Origin: Chiloscyllium plagiosum
Taxonomy: Eukaryota
NCBI RefSeq assembly: GCF_004010195.1
Contig: NC_057718.1
Location: forward strand, 275,676 to 309,164
Length of the DNA: 33,489 nucleotides
Direction: 5' to 3'
Shown here: in pieces, positions 11,698-23,140 of the stretch
How the letters are laid out: every line of letters begins with the position of its first letter
How positions within the stretch are numbered: the stretch's first letter is position 1
Program-made: the position numbers and the translations under genes
The notes under the pieces: model-generated
Databases searched by the model: none
What the model saw: only the letters and a program-made list of their open reading frames with translations
Told to the model about the DNA's origin: nothing

Positions 11698-12763
11698 CAA
11701 TGGGCCTGAACTGTTTCCTGTTTATTTTATTCCACTTGATGTACTTGGGGTTCTCCTGAGTCATTCCTTTCGAACTTCTCTGTGCTCCCGACTTATTCAA
11801 ACCCTTCTGCACGTGTTTTGTTTTAAGTTTCACTGCGATCACCTCACATTCTTTGAATCTCTGGAGAACACAGTTTCCTCATCAGACAATTTTTCCATCT
11901 GAGGGATTAATCTGGAGACTGTCAATTACACTTCGTCTGTGGTCAGTATATTCTACTTTTTACATTGGAACACCAAAATTGTACACAGTACTCCAGGTAC
12001 AGTCTCAACACCACTCTGCAACCGGCGCAGGATGTCTTGACTTCAATATTCTGATTCCATTTAAATGAAGGTCAACCCAACTTTTATCTCTCCATTTGCA
12101 AATGCACTCCCCAATACACTTTGCTTTAGTTTTATTTACAGACTCACTGTGTGTTCCTCAAGGAATCCACCTGAATATACCACAGCCACTGATTCTCCAT
12201 TGCCTATGCCTACAAGAAACATCTTCAAAAAATTACAAAAGTAATGTCAATTGTGATTTCTCTTCCATAAATGCTTGGTCATTCCTTAAAGTTTGGCTAA
12301 TACTTTCTTAATATCCAGTATTACATTCTTTATAGCCAATTCCAACAGATTCCTTACTGCAGATGATAAGTTCATTGGTCTGTAATTCGCCACTCTCCCT
12401 CTTCATCCCTTCTAAAATCGTCAGATTATGTTTATAATCTTCCACTTGTGCATAATGGCATCCTGTCTTAGCAGAATTTAGAGGGAAATAGCAGAGTGAT
12501 CACCAATGCAATCAATAGGGTAGTGACGTTTCCTCTGACATTATGGTATGAATGACATCTAGTCCCTCAAACCTATCAATGCCCAATCCAACTATGTTTT
12601 CAAATACTACCTCATTACTGATGAGAATGATTGTGGTCTTTAATTGCAGAAGTGCCATTGTTGCGTGGTATATCTGGGAAATTTTCTGAATCAATCTCCA
12701 TGAAGGCAGCCATGAAGGATATGTTTAGTTCTCCTGTAATTTCTCTGTTCTTTACAATAAATT

Positions 12764-13090
12764 GGGCGGCACGGTGGCACAGTGGTTAGCACTGTTGCCT
12801 CGCAGCGCCAGAGACCCGGGTTCAATTCCCGCCTCAGGCGACTGACTGTCTGGAGTTTGCACGTTCTCCCCGTGTCTGCGTGGGTTTCCTCCGGGTGCTC
12901 CGGTTTCCTCCCACAGTCCAAAGATGTGCAGGGCCAGGTGAATTGGCCATGCTAAATTGCCCGTAGTGTTAGGTAAGGGGTAAATGTAGGGGTAGAGTTT
13001 TGGGTGGGTTCGCTTCGGCGGGTCGGTGTGGACTTGTTGGGCCGAAGGGCCTGTTTCCATACTGTAATGTAATCTAATCTAAAAAAAAAA
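12764..13090 (+). mobile_element. Young full-length HE1-type V-SINE
   Basis: gggcggcacggtggcacagtggttagc (A box), gggttcaattccc (B box), V-domain, CR1-like tail gggccgaagggcctgtttcc, then taatctaatct and A10. CpGs are retained. Confidence 0.93.
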
Positions 13091-14094
13091 TTATCCTATT
13101 CTGCTCATTCACTGTTCTACATTTTGCCTTGCTTTTATTTTCCTTTCAAAAATCAATAGAATATTTTCAGCAGTCTTTATGTTTCTTGTTAGCTTGCATT
13201 CATGTTCTCTTCTTGATTTTCTTGTCAGTTTCTTGGTCCTCCTTTTGTGTGTTAAAAATTTCTCTGAATCCATTGCTTACTACAATATCTGGCATTTTTC
13301 TAAGCTGCTTTCTTTTTGATGTAATGCAATTGTTAAATTTTTTTGTTTACCATTGTTTAATTACCTTTCCATTTTGTTGTTTGCACTTTGGAGGGATACA
13401 TAATAGACATTGCCTGTCTTGCATTAAATATTTTTCATTCACTTTTGCAATTCACTGAAGCCAACATGCCCCCCCCCATGCCTTCAATATATTATAATCA
13501 TTGCTCCCAAAAGCTCTTGACAGCAAGGTATTCAATTAGCTCTTCTGATCACACAGCACCAATTCCAAAACAGCCTGATCTCAAGCTCAGTGTTCAACAT
13601 TTTGTGAAAGCAAACCATCTCTTACACGCTCACAAAATCCACTTTTCCAGCATTCGCATTCATTTTGGGTTCACTTTGGTTTAGATGAAACTTGAATTTC
13701 TCCATTGCTACTGAAATATCCACAAATTAGTATATCTAATTTCCTATTTGATAACATGCCCAACATTCGTGTTGCAGATTTGACCTTGATATTTAACTCC
13801 CACCAATGTTTGCTTCTCCTTGCTCTGCACGATGTTGCCTCTGGGAAGACTTGGGCGAGATACTTGGCGAGAACTTTCGTGACGGTGAGAACACCTTATC
13901 TATTCTTCTGAAGCGTGATTGTGACAGTTTCATGATTTCTCCTGTTATGTTGGTGAAGTAGAAATGGACAATGATCCATTATCAATGTTGTGCATTCCTT
14001 CAGATAGCTGAGGCTGCTCCAATCCGGGCTGAAATGCTAGAGCAGGCTGGGAAAGTGTTGTTGACTGTGTGCAGAAACTTATTGAGATCCTGTC

Positions 14095-14280
14095 TGAAGT
14101 AATGTGAACACGTTTAGTCTCCTCACCGAAGAAGGATATTGTTGAATTGGAAGCAGCTGAGGGATGGTTCCCTCAACTGATTCCTGCAATGAAAGTGTTA
14201 GATTGTAAGGAAAGGATGATCAGGCTAATCCAATGCCCATTGGAATCTACAAGAATGAATGATGATCTTATTTTTACATC
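14095..14280 (+). mobile_element. Old CR1 ORF2 C-terminal fragment
   Basis: LEAAEGWFPQLIPAMKVLDCKERMIRL...ESTRMNDDLI resembles CR1 LExVQRRFTRLIPGMxxLxYEERL...RRMRGDLI. Confidence 0.7.
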
Positions 14281-14998
14281 GAACACTGGAAGGAGTCAGA
14301 AACAGAAGCCAGTTAAACAGCAAATGGAGGAATCCATTGCACTTCTCCAGCCTGTTACACAGGAACAGCAGAGGTACATTCACACATTTGACAATTTTAC
14401 ACCAGAGCAGAACGAGACTATTCAGCTCATGGAGCCTGATGTACAGTTATGGAGGATGCCACTCTGCCCCTCGAGCTTGTAACACAGGACACAGTGTAGG
14501 CAATGCAGGAGCTATACTCCGTTAAAAAGGAACAGAATCAGTCCATTCAGCCTCTTCATGTCTATAACACGGCAAATGGAAGAGGCACACGAGGTGATTA
14601 TTTTGGTATACTGGAATAATTAAATGCCATTCAGCCCATTGAACCTTTTGCAATGGAATTGCTGAAGGATGCAACTATCTGAAAGTTTTTGTATAGGAAA
14701 GGAAGAGGTAAATCAGCCATGTTTCTGTTGTATGGAAACAGGAGAAGACTAATCACTCTCTCAATCCAATTTTCAGAATGTAAGAGGAGACCAGTCAATA
14801 TCTGGAGCTTGTTATGGAGGAATAGGAGGAGACCCTTCAGCCCCTCAAACTGTACACAGCAACAGGAGAAGGACATTCAGGCCATCGAGGCGATAATGAG
14901 TGAAAACCAGAATGACACCAGCCCATCATCGATTTTATACACAAGCAAGATGAGACCATTCCGCCATTCTCCCTCTTACAAAGGAATCAGAGCAGATC
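14281..14998 (+). repeat. Degenerate minisatellite, about 42-bp unit, about 17 copies
   Basis: Units recur about every 38-44 bp; consensus by eye aacaggaggaggccattcagcccctcgagcctgttacacagg. Confidence 0.75.
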
Positions 14999-15099
14999 TT
15001 TTAATGTTTTGTGCCCATTTTACACGATTTGGAGGGGAATGTAGAGATTATAAAAAGGGAATGACTTGGAATAACCATCTTCACTAGCGAATTAAAAAT

Positions 15100-16680
15100 T
15101 AGTGACAAAACTGTTGGAAATTATCACAAGTTGTGAGAATCCATTATTCTGGAATTAATTACAGGACTTTGCAAAATCAAACCATAATTCATGAGAGTCA
15201 GCATGGTTTTATGAAAGATAAATCGTGTTTGAATTATTTTGCTTGAGTTACATAGAACATAGAACATTACAGCGTAGTACAGGCCCTTCGGCCCTCGATG
15301 TTGCGCCGCCCTGCCATACCAATCTGAAGCCTACCCACCTACACTATTCCATGTACGTCCATACGCCTGTCCAATGACGACTTAAATGTACTTAAACTTG
15401 GCGAATCTACTACCGTTGCAGGCAAAGCATTCCATACCCTTACTACTCTCTGAGTAAAGAAACTACCTCTGACATCTGTCTTATACCTATCTCCCCTCAC
15501 TTTAAAGTTGTGTCCCCTCGTGTTTGTCGTTCTTTAATGATGAGACAAGAAAGGTGGATAAATTGGATCTTGGAGATGCAATATATCTTGACTTCGAGCA
15601 GACACTGAATAAGGTATTGCACAAAAGATTAATCTGTAAAATAAGATTGTATGAGATTAGGAGTAATTTATTTGTTTGGACAAAGGATAAGCAAGCCAAC
15701 AGAATGCAGAGAGATGGAATAGATACGTCGTTTTCTGTTTGACAACTTTTGGGGTGCCATAGAGTTTGGTTCCCAGACCTGAATTAATTTCAATCTATAT
15801 TATTACTTGGGTGAGGGGACATAAAATCTTATTGCCAACTTTTCAGATGAGACTGAAATAGGTGGACTGAATATGTAAGAAATTTACAAATAGATATGGA
15901 CATGGTGAACAGGCCAACATTTGGCAGATTGAGTTTAACGTGGAGAGGTATGAGGTTACCCATTTTGGTCAGAAGAATAGAAAGGCAACTTACTAATTAA
16001 ATGAAGAGAAACTTCAGAGTGCTTAGGTACAGAGGGACTTGTGTTTTGTCTCACATATCTCAGAAAACTCACATGCAGGTCCAGCAGATAATAAGAAAGG
16101 CAAGTACAGTTTCAACCTTTATTTCTAAAAGAATAAAATAAAAATGTGAGGAAATATTGCTGCAACTGTGCAAGGCATCAGTGAAGCTGCAGCTGAAGTA
16201 CTGTGTGGAGGGATGTGGTTGCATTGGAAGTTTTTTGGATGAGGCTCTCTAGATTGATTCCAGAGATGAGGAGTTTGACTTATGAAGAGAGATTGAGCAG
16301 CTCAGGCCTCTATTCTCTGGAGTTCAGAAGAGTGAGTGGCGATCTCACGGAGACATGTCCAATGCCAAATATGATTGACAATGCAGATGTGGATTAGATA
16401 TTTCATCATGTGGTGCAATCCACATTAAGAGATCATGGTTTTTAGGAATGATGGAGCAGAATTGAAACAGGAGTGAAGAGAAATTACTTCTCTCAAAAGG
16501 TTGTGAATTTGAGTAATTCACTAATAAGGAGTGCAATGGATGGAGGAACATTGAGCAAATGAAAGGATATGGAGAACGGGAAGGAAAGTGGAACTGAGGC
16601 CTAGTTGAAGTCTGTCATTATCGTATTAACTGGTAAAACAGGCTTGAGGGGTTGAATTGCTGACTGATGCTCAATGTTTT
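15100..16680 (+). mobile_element. Old CR1 RT-to-3' end remnant
   Basis: gagagtcagcatggttttatgaaa (SQHGF), DAIYLDFEQTLNKVLHKRL and LTYEERLSSSGLYSLEFRRVSGDL. Confidence 0.75.
15251..15528 (-). mobile_element. Young 5'-truncated CR1 3' end nested in the older CR1
   Basis: catagaacatagaaca tail repeat followed by CpG-rich caggcccttcggccctcgatgttgcgccg; it interrupts the host at gcttgagtt/gttcttt. Confidence 0.85.
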
Positions 16681-16739
16681 TATTCAGCCTTTTGAATGTG
16701 CTGCACAGGAATGGGGGAGGACTAGTTATTAAACAAGAA

Positions 16740-17088
16740 ACAGGCACTCGGGATAAATCAGTCTTGATCAGTTTGACAGAATGTAAGTAGTGGAGTCATA
16801 CAGTGACCAGTGCTGTGTCCTCAGCTATTTCCAATCAATATCAATGAATAGGAGGAGTGGAACAAATGTACTGTAACTAAGCTTGGCAAAGACACGAAGA
16901 TAAGCAGGGAATTAAATGATCAAGATAAGGTGGAGAGTCTGCAATGGGATATAAACAGGTTAAGTCAATTGATAATAATTTAGCAGCTGAATAATAAAGT
17001 GAGATATAAGCTGTCGATGTTTTTTTGTATCAGGAAGAATGGAAGACAGCATGTTACTGAAATGGAGAGAGATTGCAGCATTTAGTTG
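16740..17088 (+). mobile_element. Old CR1 RT fragment
   Basis: Decayed SGVxQxxVLxPQLF, KLGKDTKI and LQWDINRL motifs. Confidence 0.55.
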
Positions 17089-17089
17089 G

Positions 17090-17890
17090 TCCAGTGTGTA
17101 CTGAAGGGTTCACTCTGACCCGTTCAGAAATCAGAGGTATTGTACCACCTCCCTGGGACCATGCTCCCTGATATTCCCAGGTGGCCCCATTACTCTCAGT
17201 ACGCGTGGGATTTTTGATGTGTTTGGTCGGTGGAGGTGGTGAGCAGGAGGGTGTTTTGAACCGTGTGTCAAGGGATTGGCATTTATCTGAGAAGCCATCC
17301 TTTCTTTCTCTGTAGAGACCCAAAAGTCGTGGGAATGGCTGACTGCTTCTGAATGAAGACTGCCTCAGAATGCTGCTGGGACAATGGGTATTCACCAACA
17401 TGATGTAGTGTACTTTGGTCACACTGCAACATTAATGGAGTGAGACTTCCTTCATTTTCTCTACCTCTCCACATTGATATGGGGTCCCTGCACAGCCATG
17501 AACACCATCGGGAATCCCACTATACTGGGAAAATAAAGATACAACTGATAGTTCCGTGTTGAGGTATTAAACATTGTATTCGTCTCATCCACCGTATATA
17601 TCCTTCGTCACCGAATGGTGACATCATGTAACACATGGGAAGCTCATTGATATGTCACCCACTCCTTCCGCAAAAATTCCAGATCATAGAAGCTGAATGA
17701 AACTGTGATGTTAACAGCCACTGACAGCACCACCCTCCCCTTGGAGTGAAGCTGTAGGTCTTATTGAAGAAAATGACATCACTGTGTGCCCTGTTCCTGT
17801 TCAATCAGGGTCCCCTCACACTCTGCTCCTGGGATAAGTGTAGCTTGGGAAGCTGGTCTTGGAAAACCCAGGGTGGATACAGCAGATCCC
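17090..17890 (-). mobile_element. Decayed PIF/Harbinger (HARBI1-like DDE) transposase
   Basis: Minus-strand blocks occur in the correct order across frameshifts: LYPPWVFQDQLPKLHLSQEQSVR, LSVAVNITVSFSFY, SIVGFPMV, QCDQ/HYIMLVNTHCPSS, FIQKQSAIP...KGWLL, DKCQSLDTRFKTP and QYL*FLNGSE*TLQY. Compare Harbinger GFPxV, FILRQS, GWLLGDKGYPL, MTP and RFRCLDRSGGxLQY. Confidence 0.75.
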
Positions 17891-19707
17891 TTTCCCCACA
17901 CACACTGACTCCGTGGTTTCAGAGCTTCCCCTCTCTGCAGCCTCTGTTCCGTTTGTTGTTCATGTTACAGACCCAGATGCAGTAACTACTGTCCCCAGAC
18001 TCCATCCAGAGTTGGGTCACCAAATCCTCACGTCCCCCTGAATGTCTGAGGCAGCTCACAGCACAACCTCCAGCAAACCATCCCCAGCACCTCCACTAAC
18101 GGTTCAGTAACAGGTGCCAGTCTCAGACTACTGAGCTACATATTCAATGCCTGATCTTTTTGAGTAATACTCAAAGGGCTTCCTCATATTACTGGGTGCA
18201 GGATCAGCTGAGAGCATCAAACGCAGTTGTTCAGTGGACAGGCAAAGGCCAACTTTCAAAGACGTGAGTCAAAGCTGCTGAAACTCCCAGTCCAAGATGG
18301 TACAATACACAGGACAGATCAGTTTCAGATTGACAGCATTCGATATGCTAAGGAGCCAACAACGTAAGCCAGGGAAAGGTAGAGAGAAACAGAAAGACTT
18401 ACATTTAAGATAGAAGCACACAATTAATTAACTGGCAATCTGCTGTGGAAACAAGGGGAAAAGACAGGGGAATGGGACTAACTGGAGGAGGCAGACCCTG
18501 GGCAATGCAATCACAAGAATGAGAACACTGAATAAGGGTTTTGCCAGATCACTTGAAATGGCTCGTTACATCATATTCTGAAACTGCCTCACAGAACCGG
18601 CCAAGACGTCATAAACTGGGTCAAGATGACAGCCCGGCCTGGGCAGCTGTGGAAACTGCGGGAGTGTATTGCTAAGTCAATGGACTAACTGCCAAGCATG
18701 GGGAGCATTGCAAATCTTTGCCAGTATATTGGTACTGTACTTGCATGGGATAATTACCGAGCATGGGGAAATTTGCAGCCTATTCTGTGAGTGACAGTAA
18801 ATGGAGCTCCCACACATTTACACTATATCTCCACTGCATTAGAACAGAGCAAGGGGTATTGTGAATGTTGGTGGATTTGATTTGGTTGGTGGTAGTGTGG
18901 TAGATGTCATATTTGTTGTTTGAGAGAGAATGTTTACATAGTCAATCAGTTTAAATATGAATTCTGGCAGGAGTTTGGGTAATCGACACCGAGAAACTGA
19001 GATACATTTAATGGACAGTTGTGATGACATGTTTAAGATTAAAATAAAGACATTCCAAACCCAATAACAATATAGATCAATGCACATAGAAATGACGGAT
19101 GGATGGAATTTTGGTGTGTGTTTAGATATAAGCTTTGGAGTAGCGATTAAGATCCGCTTCTGCGCATTAGAAGCTCAGAGTGTCAACAGTAGATCGTTGA
19201 CATAATTAAGACTGTATTTCGTAGCTCAAGATTGAAATAGAATATGGGATGAGCCAGTGAAGTACATTCTAGAGGTGTCAGTCATTACAATTAGGAATGG
19301 TCAGGGATTGGTGTCAGGAATCAGCTCATGGCCAAAGAGATTACTGCAATTGTGATTCGTCAGTTTCAGTCTCAGATATTCACTAGGGGTGGGATGGATT
19401 CAGAGGAAGCAAAACCAGTTTGTAACCAAAACAGAAGACAGTGGCCTCCATGCTCCCAATATACAAGGGCAATGATACAATTAATCATGGTTCACTTCTT
19501 AAACATAGAGACCCACGAGGGACAGTACCAGAAGCAAACAGGAACAGTGAAAGAATAAACTCATTGATGCAGTTAGTCATTTGTAGAGTGAACATCTGGA
19601 TTGAGATTCTCAACAAGAACAATACCAGAGCCAAGGAGACTGGAGTAAATGAAAAGAAAGGTAATGTAGTCATACATGGATTGTAGAAAAAATAACTGGA
19701 CAGTGAG

Positions 19708-19713
19708 ACTTAC
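19708..19713 (-). promoter_or_regulatory. Splice donor of the GPCR intron
   Basis: The minus strand reads GGT GTC CCT G|GTAAGT: a perfect consensus donor, phase 1. Confidence 0.88.
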
Positions 19714-20054
19714 CAGGGACACCAATGATAGCCAGGATAAGATCATGAAAATATTTAATAACCAAAAGTGCATAATATATCCAACATGATAATGGCATTT
19801 AATAATAAAATGTAGAAAAACACAAACAGTCCAGGATAATTTCCTGCCCATTGCTGTAAAATTCCATTCTATCATTCCCAGATTCTGGTCAATGTTATAA
19901 CATTCCAATCTATTGTTCTCTGGTTCTGATCCATTTTTCTAACATTCTAATCAATTGTTCCAATATTTTGATCCATTGTTGAAACAGTCCAGTCTAATGT
20001 TCTCAGATTCTGATCTCTCCTCCTGTCTCTTTGGAGCTGCTGATCCCTGTTCAT
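19714..20054 (-). pseudogene. Exon 1 of the GPR139-like GPCR (repeat-containing N-terminus and first half of TM1), disrupted
   Basis: 19798-19714 reads MPLSCWIYYALLVIKYFHDLILAIIGVP+G and joins exon 2 as GVP-VN (the TM1 GxxxN motif). Upstream, MNRDQQ...RDQNLRTLDWTVSTMDQNIGTID*NVRK... has a TAG (19947-19949), a TAA (19799-19801) and two inferred frameshifts. The true start codon is uncertain. Confidence 0.8.
19831..20018 (-). repeat. Coding 21-bp (7-aa) tandem repeat, about 9 units
   Basis: RDQNLRT/LDWTVST/MDQNIGT/ID*NVRK/MDQNQRT/IDWNVIT/-DQNLGM (20 bp)/IEWNFTA/MGRKLSW. Confidence 0.85.
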
Positions 20055-21112
20055 GTTGTCATTAATTCTCCTGCTCATACAATGGGACAACACACTGGGA
20101 CGAAGCCCATTTATCACTAGAAGATGGAAACCCTCCAATAGGATAATTAGGATCACCAACAGGTTCAGTTAGCCCCTTCTTTACATCACTTTTTATATCA
20201 TAATGAAAGAAAATAATTACTGGGTCTGGATGGAATGGATGAGGGTTGATGAGGGATGAACCTTAAAATTTTCAATCTTTTTAATCTTTCTTCCTCTTGC
20301 ATCGGCATAGTAACAGAACACTGTGACCATATTTGTGAAAGGAAACAGGGATAAAATAACAGAGCAGCTGCATAAATTGACTAGTGGGGAACTTCCTACA
20401 GTCTATAAACCAGGGTAACAATATTCATTGCTCATTTACTTTGTGTAATGTTTCTCCTAGTTTTAAAAGCCCAGTTACCAAATCCATTAATAACTTTAAG
20501 ACATTATTGGGAACATTGGGTCTACTACTCAAGAACAGATGTAAGCTATTCTGTCCCCATGTGCCTGTTACAGAGGGATAAGAGTAAGCCATTCAGTCCA
20601 TACTAGCCTATTACCCCTTGAAGAGACAGAAAATTGAAATGTTGACACATTTTGCAAAGGGATTCATTCAACAATAGAGAAGAGAAGAGTTACGCAGCTG
20701 TACGAGCTGTTACTCCAATCACCACCAGGACAGAACCCCACTGGTCCTCACCTACCACCCCACCAACATCCATATAGTGCGTATCATCCATCGTCATTTC
20801 CGTCACCTCCAAACGGACCCCACCACCAGGGATATATTTCCCTCCCCTCCCCTATCAGCGTTCCGAAAAGACCACTCCCTCCGTGACTCCCTCGTCAGGT
20901 CCACACCTCCCACCAACCTAACCTCCACTCCTGGCACCTTCCCCTGCAACCGCAAGAAATGCAAAACTTGCGCCCACACCTCCCCCCTCACTTCCCTCCA
21001 AGGCCCCAAGGGATCCTTCCATATCCGCCACAAATTCACCTGCACCTCCACACACATCAACTATTGCATCCGCTGCACCCGATGTGGCCTCCTCTACATT
21101 GGAGAGACAGGC

Positions 21113-21241
21113 NNNNNNNNNNNNNNNNNNNNNNNNNNNNNNNNNNNNNNNNNNNNNNNNNNNNNNNNNNNNNNNNNNNNNNNNNNNNNNNNNNNNNNNN
21201 NNNNNNNNNNNNNNNNNNNNNNNNNNNNNNNNNNNNNNNNN
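21113..21241. other. Assembly gap (129 N)
   Basis: Run of n characters. Confidence 1.
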
Positions 21242-21361
21242 CCACTCCGGCCTATCACCCTCACCTTGACCTCCTTCCACCTATCGCATTTCCATCGCCC
21301 CTCCCCCAAGTCCCTCCTCCCTACCTTTTATCTTAGCCTGCTGGACACACTTTCCTCATTT

Positions 21362-21389
21362 CTGAAGAAGGGCTCATGCCCGAAACGTT
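21362..21389 (+). ncRNA. Minimal hammerhead ribozyme core in a Penelope pLTR
   Basis: CUGAAGA-a-GGGC-ucau-GCCC-GAAAC-GUU. Confidence 0.6.
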
Positions 21390-21494
21390 GATTCTCCTGC
21401 TCCTTGGATGCTGCCTGACCTGCTGCGCTTTTCCAGCAACACATTTTCAGCTCTGATCTCCAGCATCTGCAGTCCTCACTTTCGTCTCCTTTTT

Positions 21495-22063
21495 CAATAG
21501 GGAATTGAGTTTAAGAGCCTCGAGTTTATGCTACTCTGGTTAGACCACACTTGGAATATTGTTTTCAGTTCTGATCGCGTCATTATTAGAAGAATGTGGA
21601 AGGTTTAGAGAGGGTGCAGAGGAGATTTCCCAGGATGCTGCCTGGACTGGAGGGCATGTCCTATGAAGAAAGGTTGAGGGAGCTAAGGTTTTCCTCAATG
21701 GAGCAAAGAAGGATGAGAGGTGACTTGATAGAGGTGTACAAGATGATGAGAGACATAAATAGAGTGGACAGACAGAGACATTTTCCCAGGTCAGAAATGG
21801 CTATCATGAAGGGGCATAATTTGGAGGAAGTGTTTGGAGAGATGCCAGAGGTAGGTTCTTTATGCAGAGAGTGGTGAGTGCGTAGAATGCACTACCAGCA
21901 ATGGTAGTAGAGTCAGATATATTAGGGACATTGACACTACTCTTGAATAGGCACATGGATGATAGTAAACTAAAGGGTATGTTGCGAAGAGTTGGATAAA
22001 AGGTCAGCGCAACATCTAGGACTGAAGGGTCTCTACTGTGCTATGCTGTTCTATGTTCTATGT
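21495..22063 (+). mobile_element. CR1 3' fragment
   Basis: LERVQRRFPRMLPGLEGMSYEERLREL..RRMRGDLIEVYK; tail ctatgttctatgtt. Confidence 0.9.
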
Positions 22064-22464
22064 TATAAGGCTACAGCAGTTATCCTCCCAGCATGTGAGT
22101 CTATGTAGACCACCCCAGTGCATCGCTCATGAACGCACTGCATTAGACAGCTGCTTAGTGTGTGGATACTTGTAGCCCATCCTGGAAGTGACAGGATGTC
22201 TGGTTTGCATCCATCTACAGCTGCATACTTCCATTGTTTCATGACAAGGGATGTTGTGTATGTGAAAATCATTGCCAGAGAGTGATGGCGGGATAATGAG
22301 TTTAAATACCAACAAATGGGAGAGGATATAGACAGAGAGGGGGAAATGAGAAAGTGTCATGGAAGGATGTGATCACAAGTTTCAGAATGCTGAAACAAAG
22401 TCCTTTCTATATCATCTTGCGACACGGGCCAGTATTTCCACGAATGATAATTGAATAGGATTTT

Positions 22465-23140
22465 TCCTTGAAAGTGGAATCGAAGGTAGATAGAATAATG
22501 AAGAAGGCATTGATATGCGTGTCTTTATTTTTCAGAGCATTGAATATTGGTGTTCCGAGGTCATGTTGCAATCGTACAAGACATTGGTTCGGCCACTTTC
22601 AGAATACTGCATTCAGTTCTGGTCTCCCTCCTCTCACAAGGATGTTGTGAAACATGAACAGGTTCAGACAAGATTTATAAGGATATTGCCAGGGTTGGAG
22701 TGTTTGAGCTATTGGGAGAGGCTAAATAAGCTGGGCTGTTTTCCCTGGAGCGTCAGAAGCTGAAGGGTGACCTGAAAGAGAGTTATAAAACCATAAGGAA
22801 TATGGATAGGGTGTATAGGCAAATGTTTTTCTGTAGGATGGGAAGGCCAAACTTAGAGGGCATAGGTTTAAGGGGGGAGGAGACAGATAAAAAGGAATGT
22901 AAGGGGTAACCTTTTTCATGCAGAGGGTGTTGTGTGTATGGAATGATCTACCAGATGAAGTGCTGCAGGTAAGTAAAATTGCAACATTTGAAAGGCATCT
23001 GGATGGCTATATGAATAGGAAGGGTTAAAAAGAATATGGGCCAAATGCTGGCAAGTGGACCTAAAATTAAAAATAATATTGTGTCAGCATAGACGAGTTG
23101 GACCAAAGGGTCTGTTTCTGTGCTATATATCTCAATGACT
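22465..23140 (+). mobile_element. CR1 3' fragment
   Basis: YKTLVRPLSEYCIQFWSP...RILPGLECLSYWERL; tail ggaccaaagggtctgtttctgtgcta. Confidence 0.88.

Larger units (their letters stand above)
11410..13440 (-). mobile_element. Mosaic of old antisense CR1 fragments, interrupted by a PLE fragment and a SINE
   Basis: EKMGNTEMAEQ, caccaaaattgtacacagtactccag (the LEYCVQFW region) and the GIDRFEGLDVIH region. Confidence 0.55.
20722..21485 (+). mobile_element. 5'-truncated Penelope-like element: linker, GIY-YIG endonuclease and pLTR, spanning an assembly gap
   Basis: DRTPLVLTYHP...PLSAFRKDHSLRDSLVRS...CNRKKCKTC...FTCTSTHINYCIRCTRCGLLYIGETG; pLTR with ctgaagaagggctcatgcccgaaacgtt. Confidence 0.9.

Noticed and set aside
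12764..12840. tRNA gene (also about 1900 and 4172)
   Set aside because: The A/B boxes belong to SINE heads followed by SINE bodies; I could not see a full cloverleaf.
14281..14998. CRISPR-like array
   Set aside because: There is no invariant repeat with unique spacers. Whole units are degenerate copies of one another, there are no cas genes and the context is vertebrate.
14147..15087. ORFs of 111, 88 and 132 aa as host genes
   Set aside because: They are explained by a CR1 fragment plus the stop-poor 42-bp repeat.
17960..18030. Ig-like ESGDSSYC motif on the minus strand
   Set aside because: It is short, with no other Ig-domain residues or splice sites, and is adjacent to the transposase remnant.
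20078..20159. Signal-peptide-like MVILIILLEGFHLL at the start of ORF 19947-20159
   Set aside because: It begins at TTG rather than ATG, and nothing supports translation upstream of the downstream ATGs.
20803..21336. Overlapping ORFs around the N gap
   Set aside because: They are artefacts of Ns and alternative frames of the Penelope element.
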